DNA from: Bugula neritina
Taxonomy: Eukaryota; Animalia; Bryozoa
Direction: 5' to 3'
Length of the DNA: 64,000 nucleotides
Assembly (NCBI GenBank): GCA_964035545.1
Contig: OZ037768.1
Span: forward strand, 21,919,319 to 21,983,318
Part shown: positions 1 to 17,600 of the stretch, in pieces
How the letters are laid out: every line of letters starts with the position of its first letter
Numbering within the stretch: the stretch's first letter is position 1
Program-made: the position numbers and the translations under genes
The notes under the pieces: generated by a model
The model's database searches: none
Seen by the model: only the letters and a program-made list of their open reading frames with translations
What the model was told of the DNA's origin: nothing

Positions 1-153
1 GTTATACTATAATATATTGTAGTCACTGTAGAGTAGTTATACTATAATACATTGTAGTCACTGTAGAGTAGTTATACTATATTATATTGTAGTCACTGTA
101 GAGTAGTTATACTATAATATATTGTAGTCACTGTGGAGTAGTTATACTATAAT
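1..153 (+). repeat. 35-bp minisatellite (gttatactataatatattgtagtcactgtagagta), ~4.4 copies, truncated by window start
   Basis: Tandem copies read directly; the unit is the reverse complement of the array at 22161-22507. Confidence 0.95.
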
Positions 154-707
154 TTGGATTTGGTTCTTTGAAGTTTGTGAATTATTTGAGACAATCAGTC
201 AGAAATGAGGACCTTTCAGCCATAGCCATTGGTCAGTATAGTGTGTAATCGTCTTTAACATTGGAATTAGTTCAAATTCTTCTGAGATTGGAACGTATTT
301 GAAAACAGAAACTATATAAATAAATTATGCTATGTAAATTAGTGACTCGATTTCTTAATATATTTATCAACACATCATTCTATTTATCATCAACACGTGT
401 CATGAGACTTCAATTCTATGTCCGTCCTTGTGAAGAAGCATGAATAAAGATATCTTTGAACACTATAATTGTGACTTCAACTGCTTATTCTATTACTTGA
501 AAATAGTACTTATGCACTTTTCATAGATAATATCCCAAATTCTCAAGTTTATCTGTTATGTTTGTAGCCGTATTTGGAGCCCCCGTGAACTGATAGCATC
601 TGTGCAGGGAACTGAGGCTAAACAATCATCTATTACCATTTCTCACGGCTCTATAGACATTACAGAATAACTCAGTATATAAACTAATGCCATTAAAGAC
701 AATGACT
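128..707 (+). pseudogene. Decayed inverted copy of the 3' exons of NAPE-PLD
   Basis: 128-232 matches the NAPE-PLD exon at 22043-22176 (SLWSS...FETI.QK...) with deletions and a TGA. 568-670 matches the last exon (PYLEP...SHGSIDITE*) with an extra C frameshift (GAG CCC CCG TGA). Similarity continues into the 3' flank. Confidence 0.85.
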
Positions 708-1786
708 GTTGAATAATTAATTTATTTGTCTTCATTCAACCTTCAATTTATTTGTCGTTTTCTATTTTCAAGTTCAATGAGGATTGTTGAAACATGTTTT
801 ATGTTCTCTGTAAACTCTAGTAATTTGCTTTTTATTCACTTATGTGATGTGAGAGATTTCACACCACTCCACTGCCTCTTGATTGCTTATGTAATATATT
901 TTGTTGATTTGTATAATTCTCAATTGATTTATTTTCACCACCCAAAGCTGTCTTTTGAAACTCTGTATTTTAAAGTTCTCTTACTGCCTAATATTTCATG
1001 TGTCATTAGAAAATGTGATAATCACATTGTAAAACGAACTTTAAATTGTAGAAAGACAAAGTTGTCTAGAAAAATTAATGGTTAACTTCAAATAAATCAT
1101 TTAAGGATGACATTTGCTTTCCTATAGGCTATACTAGTAAATACCTTATTCTAAATCCAATAGCTTTATGCTTGATTCAGTTTACACTTTACTTCAACAT
1201 TTTCATAGCATATGGCCACCCACTCAGCTGTTATATAACATATTGTAATTTTAGTGCACTCTATTGTATTTTTAAAGTTTGGTTTCTATTATCAACATTT
1301 TTTATAAATTATTTTCAATAACTTGGTAGCAGAAGCTATATGTCAGCTTTCATTATGGGTTATGGTGCCTAATTCTCACAATTTTAGCACACATTTTACA
1401 CTGTATTGAATACATATTCTTGTCGACCATTTAAAAATGCAAATTTGTACTGTTAGTTGCACTTTCTTATTTAAACTGGCAGATTAACTTCAACATTTGC
1501 TAATATGCAAGAGAGATAACTCTTTAATCTTGCATTATATTATAACAGCTTGCAATACTTCAAAATAAAGGCAAACAATGCATAATAAAAAAGCAATATA
1601 ACTTAAAGCAATGTATTTATATTTACCTTAGGTTCATATATATATAATATCCTACATGTAGTAATTGAAACATTATATTTGTAATATAAATCATAACGTA
1701 AAAAATAGCACTAGTCCAAACAAACTAAAAGCATTTTAACCCAATTTCTCTTCCCTTCATGAGGTACCTCTTTCAGTCTATCGGTG

Positions 1787-7940
<6,154 letters not shown>

Positions 7941-8681
7941 CTTGTAACAGTATCGCAGACAATGAGCTACGACTCTAAACCAAACTTCTGCTACCACTTC
8001 AGTTAAGGAACTGCATAAATTACAGCCATTCTGTAACTTAAGTGATTATAGCCTTTCTTAGTACCTTTCACATGACAAACACTTCCTACCGTCTTGGATT
8101 TATGGATCTACGATTATGTTTCATATAATCCATCATAACCCAGGGCTCGTGCCACTCTTTGAGATCTAAGAAATAATGCATTGTTCTCTCCTTTTGCCTA
8201 ATCATCCGTATATCCTTTATCCTCCTCTACTTAGAAAAGTTATCAAGAAATCCAGACCTATGCCAAATATAGAAGTTACAGCTTATAGAGAATCAACAAG
8301 ATACTTCTAGACTGTGGCCTACCAGTGTGTCAACCCAACTCTATGCTCATAACTTGAAATGTGAGGGATAATTCAATACAGAAATCGAATGAGTTGCACA
8401 TAAATGGAAGACAGGCATACAGTACGGGTTTCTGTAGACACAATATCCAGTGCAAGATTTTGGTAGAACACATGGATACTACCTTCATTGTATTCAATCA
8501 AATAAACTAATAATTTTTCTATAGATAACCACGGATTTGATAAGAATTAGACTTTTTTCTACAGACTTGAGCTGTAGACTTTTTGTTGTGACATTTCTAT
8601 TCAAAACATTTCTGTCCAAATAACTGCTGAAATACACAATGCAGTTTGATCCTGGCAGTTGTAAGTTAGTACAGCATCATC

Positions 8682-11600
8682 ATGCAACGGTGAGTCCATC
8701 TTTGAAATACCTCATATGTGTTAAAATGTAATTTTGACTCTTAAATGGCAGCTACAATTAACTTGTTAATTATTAATGCAATCAACTTTAGTATATTAGC
8801 AAATAGGTTAACTATAGTGTTCAATTTATACCAACATTTTTTTCATCATTTATTCTATTTTTAGTGCATATGAAAGTTTTATATTTACAACTTTGCAGTT
8901 ACGTAAATTTCCATATTTGCGTTATTTCATAATTTTAGCTAGTTGTTCAAATTATAATATATAGGTACATTATAATCTAATGTAATGTTACAAACCAGTG
9001 TATCACTGCTACCATAAGCCATCATGTACAGTAGATAACTGATTTACACCAGTTCAAAAACACTTGAAGTATTGGTAGGAGTGGTTTTGTTGAAAGAAAT
9101 AAATTGTGTGTATGTGTGTCTGTGCGTGCGTGTGTGTGTGCGTGTGTGTGTTGTTTTTAAATCTTTCCTATTTGAAAACAGAGATTGATAAATAAGCTTA
9201 ACTGAAATCTAATTAAACTTTTAGTCTCTTGCTTTCTATTCCAAGCAGATCTCATCCAAGCAACCAGTACTTAGTGATCAGCTCGTTGCTGCCTCCATGG
9301 TTCTTCGGACTCGCTGCCGTATACTACCACCGGAAGGCCAGCCAAGGCAGCGAAGAACAGGTTAACTTCCTGCAGAGCCTGTCTTATCGCCTGGCAACAG
9401 CCGGCATTGTCTGTGGAGTTATAGTTTGTTGGGTGATATTCGCTGTCGCTGCTGTTATCATCCTGCAACCACTTCAGTTGGATAACAACGAGGTGACTCA
9501 GTTATACCATGAGTTACTTATAGTTACTAATGAGTGGCAGCTGAAAGTGTTTTTTATATTATATAAATGTATATTATCCGGTATATTTTTGGTAAAGATG
9601 AAGTGAATTTATTTAATTTATTCATACAAGACTTTTGTTCTCTTGCATTGCAAAATTTATCTTTTTGGTGCACATTGCTTTATGCTGGGTAAATTTAGTG
9701 AGTATCAAACTATCAAATGATATCAAAATGTTTGGCATTGAAAGGCCTGCAAGGAACTTTCGGTAAAAACTGTCATATGCTATCATGTATAGAGAGCAGC
9801 CGTGGTCTAGGGGTTAGAGCGTTTGCTTAGTAAACATGAAGTCATGGGTTTGAACCCGACAAAGGCCATTGGTGATGTTAGATAGAGCATCCAGTCATAA
9901 TTGCTCCTGTGCCTCATCTTAATAAGTCCTTCGCTGCTTTCAAAGAACCCTTCCATCAGGGGTTCTTACAGGGATGGTGACTAAAACCTTGAGGTTTTTA
10001 TATGATATCATGTATACTCTCAATTATCTTGCAGTTTACATGATTTTATATAGTTTAATAAGTGCAAAACATAACTTGCTGTTAAAGGTATCTTCTACTG
10101 GTGATTCATTAAAATATGATGGGTTTGTGCTGAGAATTCCAACCATTACTTATGACGAAAATGATGAAGACTGGGTTTTGATGAATTGCTTGCAGGTAAA
10201 GTAAATCATAATTAACATGACCATGAATGTAAAACAATCTTATTATTAATAATACTAATTAGGCATTAGTAATATTAAAATTAATGCTAATTATTATAAG
10301 ATTTATAAAAATTTTAGCTTTATGTGGAAATTTGTATTAGTTCATTGAAATATATTCTGATAATTTACAGATTATATTTCAGCAATTTAAATAAAACAGT
10401 CATATCCAGTAACACATGATATAATTAATTAGTATAATTGCTTGGCTGGCCCAAAACAGTGTATAGTGTAATGTAACTGCCCTCCTAGTTTGCTATGAAA
10501 GTTCCATACGGGTGTATGTTTTAGTGTAGATAGTTTATTGATTTACACTGTTCACACCATTTACACCTTTTACACCGTGAAACTACAATTTTCACAAAAC
10601 AAAATGATTAAAATATGATAGAATAAGAGCAAATTAAACACAGAAAAGTACATAAAAGAATTTGATAAATTGCTTGTTTATAATTATTAAAATATTCAAA
10701 GTAACAGTATAAATCAACAAAGTTATAATATATAAAAGCATACCTATTTCACCCTTTCTAGGAGAGAGTTAGTAGTATAAAGAAAGCAACATTTTATACC
10801 GTGTGTTTGTAAAAATAGCTATAATATTATGTGAGAGTAGATGAGAATGGAACCTTGACGCTTGAGGGTTCTTACGATAATGTCCTGGCTAAATGTATTT
10901 TAACTGTTTTTGTCGGCATGTGTAAAGCTAGTGCACTCAGTTTCTTAGTCATGGTTTTTTGAGTGCAGCCAGTGCAAAATAAAACTTGCAATGCACCGAG
11001 TGATACTAAAATGGTCTTGAAGATAAAAAAAACAGTGACAAACAAGTGCTAAAGAGTACACTAAGGATGGGTGATTCATCGCTGTTGGAATATGTGACAA
11101 CACAAACGCAGTGTGGCAATGTCGGTAAATGCTAAATTGCTAATTGATATATATTATGACAGTTATGAACAAATTGGCAGCAGAGTGTCAGTAAGCAAAC
11201 TAAATAAAACCAAATTTATGAAATTTTACTATTTATTATAAAGGACACTACACTCCCACCTAAAATTTCAGAAATTTTTCAGCAAAGTTTTACTCGTTAT
11301 CCTTTAAATACATATGTATATATTTTTTAGTTTTCAATTAGTGTCACCAGCTTTGAGACAGGGCGGTGTAGGTACTTTTTGGAGTTCACAGGCTGGTTTC
11401 TATTACCAATTAAAATTTTGGCTGATCGGACTCTACCGTCTTTTGATTTTATACATTCTACCACCTTTCCCATAGACCACTCATTTCTATTACCATTGTC
11501 ATCCACAATAATCACTATGTTTCCGGTCTTCATTTCTCGGCCTGTTTGATTCACCCATTTCTGGCGAGATTGGAGATAGCACAAATACTCAGTGCGCCAA

Positions 11601-14600
11601 CGCTGCCAGAAGTTATTTGCCAGATGCTGCACCGCACGCCAGCGCTTGCGGCTGTAAATATCACTGTCAGTGAATTCAGATGGAGGTGAAAGAATGATGT
11701 CTGACTTCATAGTCAGCAGGAGATTTGGAGTGAGAGGATGATGCTCTTCAGTGACTGTAGAGAGGGGCCTCGAATTTATGATAGCCATAACCTCATACAT
11801 GAGGGTTCGGAGGTTACTGGTGTCGAGTCTTCCAGCATGTTTTCTCAGAACATGTTGAAGTATGCTTCTGGCTGAACGGATCATCCTTTCCCAGACGCCA
11901 CCCATGTGACTGGCTGCAGGTGGGTTTAGCTTAAACTCCAGGACACCTTTCTCAGTTAATTCAGGAATAGCGCCAATGAAGTTGGTACCCTGGTCACACC
12001 AGATTTCTCTAATGGGGCCGCGAATAGCAATTACGTTGCGAATGGCATTTATGAAGGAAGAAGTAGTCATGTCATCAAGTACCTCGATGTGGACCGCTCG
12101 ACTGGCCAAGCAAGTGACCATTAGACCATAACGTTTCAGTTCAGTGCGTCTATCCTTGACTTGGAAGGGGCCAAAACAGTCGACTCCACAATAAGTGAAA
12201 GGGGGTGACTCTGTAACTCTTTCTGCAGGAAGTGAAGACATATTTGGAATGATTGGCTTACCGCGATCACGACGGCAGTCCACACAATGATAGATGAGAG
12301 AGGTAACTAGCTGTCTAGCACCTATGACCCAATAACCAGCTGATCTCATTTGAGCTAGGGTCATTCCACGACCTTGATGCTTAGCCTGGTTATGGAAGTG
12401 CTGAAGAAGAAGTTGGGTAAAATGTCCGGCCTTGGGAAGGATGATTGGGTGTTTGTTTGAGAACTCAATGAATGCGCTATGATCGAGTCTACCTCCAACT
12501 CTCATGATACCCTTTGAATCAAGGAATGGGCTGAGATTGAAGATAGGGCTGCTTTGACTGATTTTCTTGCCATCTTTCAGGCATTGAGCTTCAGGAAGAT
12601 GCTCCTGTTGTGCAGATTTGATGATGTATGATTCAGAGGCAGATTTTATATCATAAGAAGTGCTTTTCATGTGCTTAGAGCGTGCTTTCTGAATGAATAG
12701 TCCTGTCACTTTGACAGCTGTCGTCCAGGAGGAAAAGCGATGGAGCAAATGATAAAGTGTTGGATGGGTGGAGGTATCATGGGTTGAAGTAACAAGTGAC
12801 TTGACCTCTTTGTCATCATTTCTAACTTGTGGGGTTGGCTGCTCAGGGATTACTATCGGTTCATTCCAGAGAAAATCTGGTCCCGTGAACCAGTTGGATT
12901 TGTTTAGCTGATCAATGGTCAGACCTCTTGAGGCATGGTCAGCAGGGTTCTGGTCTGTTGGTACGTAAAACCAACTTTCTGGACATGACTGGTCTCTAAC
13001 CTTTTGGATTCGGTTTGTGACATATACATGGAACTTCTTTGAGGTGTTTTTGAGATAGCCAAGTACAACTTGAGAATCAGTCCAAAATGTTTCAGTGACA
13101 TCCATTCCAAGTTCTGACCTAATAATGCCGGATACTTGTGCTGAGGTGACTGCTGCTTGCAGTTCCATGCGGGGGATTGTGATGGGTTTGATTGGAGCTA
13201 CTCGACCTTTACTCATGAGCAAGGAAACATTGACTTGGTGCTTGGCATTGACCACTCTCAAGTAGCTGACTTCACCATAGCCATCTGTACTGGCATCGGA
13301 GAAATGATGAATTTCTGCTTTGGAGATATCACCGAAATCATGTGGTTTGTAGCATCTCTTGATGTGGATGTTGGAGAGATCGGACAGAGAAGATTTCCAG
13401 CTCTCCCACCGTAATAACAGTTCACCTTCTAGGGTTGCCTCCCATGAAGCTGAAATTCTACACATATCTTGGAGTATATTTTTACCCTTCAAAATGAATG
13501 GGGAGAGGAAGCCTAAAGGATCAAATATGGATGCAATGGTAGAGAGAACACCTGAACGAGTGTTAGGGTTTGACTTGATGGATGAGCTGAATGTGAAAGC
13601 ATCAGATTTGAGTGACCACAGAAGACCTAGAGTTCTTTCAATGGGTTGAGAATCATCATCAGGCTCAAGAGTTTGGATGTCTTGCACATTTCTTTCAGAA
13701 GCGGGGATAGATTCGAGAACAGCAGATGAGTTAGATGAGAATTTGTGAAGACGTAAATTGCCTTCTTGGCATATGGATATGGCGTCTTGGACCACACTAA
13801 TTGCAGAGTCAGTATCAGAGAAACTCATTAAACCATCATCTACATAAAAGTTGTTTCTGATGAACGATTTAGCAAGTGTGTTTGGGTTGATGCTAGTGTC
13901 ACAGAGTGACCGCAAACCGTATGTTGTGCATGCGGGGGATGACGTTGCGCCAAAGAGATGCACTTTCATTCTGTAAGGAACTATCTCTCCCTGTTCGTCA
14001 TACCAAAGAAACCTGAGGAGATCTCTATGTTCAGGAAAAACCCGAAACTGATGGAACATTCTACCAATGTCACAGGTTACTCCTACCAGGTCTTTCCTGA
14101 ATCTCATCAAAATACCTATCAAGCTATTCATTTGATCAGGACCCTGGAGCAGATAGTCATTGAGACACATCCCTCCCACCTTGGCGGCTCCATCAAAGAC
14201 AATCCGAATTTTTCCAGGTTTCTTGGGATGGTAAACACCAAAGTGAGGGATGTACCATGCGCTCTCATTGTTTTTCTGGTCATCTGGAACAAGTTCTGCC
14301 TCACCTTGTGTTATGATGTCATTCATAAATTTGTGATAGTGCTCAGAGAAAGTAGGATCAGTTAAATTTTTTTGAAGATTTTTGAATCGATTGAGTGCCA
14401 TGTATTTAGATTTGTTCGGACCGGGTTGAGATTTTAGTGGAAGAGGCATAGTGATGTGACCTTCTACATCTTTATATGTTTGCTCTTTCATGAGTTTCAA
14501 GAAGTTGATGTCATCGATTGACATCTTTGAATTCTCATTTGACGGATCTGAATCAAAGTCAGAGCTTAGGATCTTAAGGATTTTGGTTTCCAGGTTGGCA

Positions 14601-17600
14601 TCTTCATTGTGGCTGTCTGCCTGTATCTTAAATGAGATATTTTCTCTGGTTGTGGGTTGTAAGACTGCAAGGTTTACTATCGTAAGCAAATTACGGGGGT
14701 TCTTTTGAGTATTATTTTGTGTGGTATTTCCCATGAGTAGCCAACCAAGATCACTCAGCCTAGCAAATGGCACATTGTCACCAGCAGTAATTTCTTGCCG
14801 TGACATGAATACTTGTGGCAGATTGCCACCAATGAGGAGACCGAGAGTGAGCTGGTTGCCTTCTTTGGCAGTGATGAATTCAGAAGCAAGGTGACGTAGA
14901 TGGGGCCAGTCCTGTACGGACATGGAATTAGGAATTTCATTGCGATTGAAGGGTATTTGTGACTGACTAACACAAGTTGGCAGCTTAATATACTTTTGTC
15001 TATTGTAGCCGCGGACTAACAGCCCAGTTGCAGCTTGTCTGCTGGATGTAGACCCTTGTACATCTGTGAGGGTGCTGATATTCATGTCCGTATCATGAGT
15101 AGTGGCGTTGAGTGCATGAATAGTGTCGTGAGTGATGAATGTGTGATTAGAACCAGAGTCTAATAGAGCATAGACTAGGACTTCATGGCCAGGATTTTCT
15201 ATTGATGATACATACACTGGAATGGTCTATGAGGCAAGGTTTGCTGGCCTATTTCCGGCGCAGTTACGTGCGGTGGCTTGTGTTGGATTATTTTCGTTGC
15301 CTTTATTGGAAGTTGAGTTTTGAGTGGAGGACTTATTTTCGCTGCCTCGAATTTGATTGTTATGTGAAATTTTATTTGGTTGAGAGGTCTTATTTTCGCT
15401 GCCTCTATTGTAATACTTATGGAACACAGCAAGATGTTTTTGCTTACAGTCTTTTTTAGTGCACGTCGCAGGGTGGCGACATTTATCCATTTTGTGTCCC
15501 GGCTTCGCACATGAATAACAAAGGTTGTTATTGTCAAATAATTTCTCTATGTCTGAATGAGGTAATTTTTCAAGTTTGAAACAGATGCCAGTGCCATGGT
15601 TGTTCATGTTACACATCAAGCATGGGTACCTACGCATAGGTTTTGTGGTGTCATGTGATATGTTGGCTGTTGTAGCTTGATTTTCTGAAGCGAGAAATGC
15701 TGTTGCCTGCTTTTCGGACTTGCGAGTAGGTTGATTCCGCCTATAGCTGTTATCATGGTTTCTATTTGATACGACTCTTTTGGCTATGGCTTTGTTTAGA
15801 CTGTTGCTTGCTACATCAGCTTCTTTAGACAAGAACCGAACAAAATCAAATATTGATGGAAACCGATCTGTTGCTGATTCTATTTCAGTTGCTATTTTGA
15901 CCCAACGATTGCCTACCGATATTGGTAATTTAGCGAGAATTTTCTCGTTTTCTCTTCGATCATTAAGGCAGTTGAGTTCAGGAAGCTTGTTCATGGCGGT
16001 TTGGCAGGATTCTAGAAAATTGACTAGTTCTTCCAGTGCCTCCCCGTCATGTTCTTTGATAAGGGGCCACTGTTCCAACTGGGTCCGATATGCTTCAGTG
16101 AGTATGTGGGGTTTCCCGAATTTATCATTTAGCTTGCGTTTTGCTTCTTTAAATGCTTCTTCAGTTCCAATTTGGAATAAATTTGCTACTACTCGTTTAG
16201 CTTTACCACCTAAATATTGTTGAAGGAGAGCTATCTTTTGGAGGGGATTGTAACTACCACTCTCAATGAGACCCTCAAATGCCACCTTCCAATCCAAATA
16301 TTCGAGGGGTTCACCAAAAAATACAGTGGGCTCGGCAGGTTTTAGTTTGATTGTGTGAATAGCTTGTGCTAGTGTGTTAGCAAATGCTTGTTGATCAGAA
16401 ACGGAGCTGATGTTCCATGGTGGAGTGACGTCTACAGGGCTCCTTGTAGGGTACGAAGTGGAGTCAGCTGGTGCCTGGTAGAGCTGAGGGTTGGTAATAG
16501 GATGTTTAGTCTGAGTCCTAGGTGCAGGTACTGGAGGCATGATAGAAGGTTTGACTGGATTATGGGTTTCGACATTTAAATGTTTAAAGTTAGGTGCAGG
16601 TGCTGGAAGTACAATAGAGGAAGACTTGGCTGGATTATCGAGTTCGGCATGTGATTGTGTGAAGTTAGGCTGGGGTAGTGGATGAAAAAGTGAAATACTG
16701 CCTTCATCTTCCATAGCCTCAGAAAGAACCTGTTCTTCAGCTTCAATGGCATCAAGTTCTGCTTGAATTTTGCTTTGCTCTATAGCCATTGCCAATTGTT
16801 TGGCTTGCATTTCTAGTGCATGAGTGCTTTTTGATGACTCAAGTTTCTGTTTGAGAGCTGCAGATTTTGCTTTAGCTTCCAACTGCATAGCTTTAATTTT
16901 TGAACTAGCACGGGATGATTTGGAAGCTGAGGTGAGATGGGATCGAGATTGAATTGAAATGACTGAACCTGATGGGTTACGTGGTTTAGACAGAAAAGCA
17001 GCTGATGATGCGCCTGGTTGGTTTGATAAAGCAGTTTTAGAACGCGTTGTATAGACATGCATCAGCTCTAAGACTTGTTGCAGACAATTTTCATTATCTG
17101 CTCCTACGCGGTCAATTTGGTTCCTGACTTTTAGATCTGGTTCAAGATCGCCACAAGCTTCGCGCAATTGTTCATAGGCCTTGATTACATTGGCCTTCTC
17201 TTCAATAAGCTGCGTCTTTAAACCTTCTAAAGTCTCAAACGATATCTCTTTATGTGAGGAAAATTCCTTACTTATGAACTGATGAAACACACTGCAGTTT
17301 TTTAGTATCTCTTTTAATTTATCTGCCAATAGTTTGATTTCAATACGTTTAGCATGAGTTGGATTGTCTTCATGTATCTCAACATGTCCTTGTGTGGGTG
17401 GAATTTCCTGTTCTAATGTCTCGTAATTTTTGGCTGACGAATTTTGGTCAAACTGAAAAGTGTCACTAATTGCAGCATTTTCTGATTGAGTATTTTGTTT
17501 ATACATGGTTGACAAAAAGAAATAGCAAAATGTGTGAGAATTTAGTGTTGAATATCTTGGCGTGAAAACACAACTCCTAATTAGTTTTTTGAAAATATCG

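Noticed and set aside
726-1085. 119-aa ORF
   Set aside because: TTG start, AT-rich, no motifs; lies in the decayed NAPE-PLD 3' flank.
9791-9866. Functional tRNA-Thr gene
   Set aside because: No pairing acceptor stem, B box has TTTGA, and the sequence continues into a body shared with a second copy; better explained as a SINE.
12919-16579. Multiple short alternate-frame or antisense ORFs within BEL gag/pol (likewise within Gypsy pol)
   Set aside because: Shadow ORFs of long coding frames, with no independent motifs.
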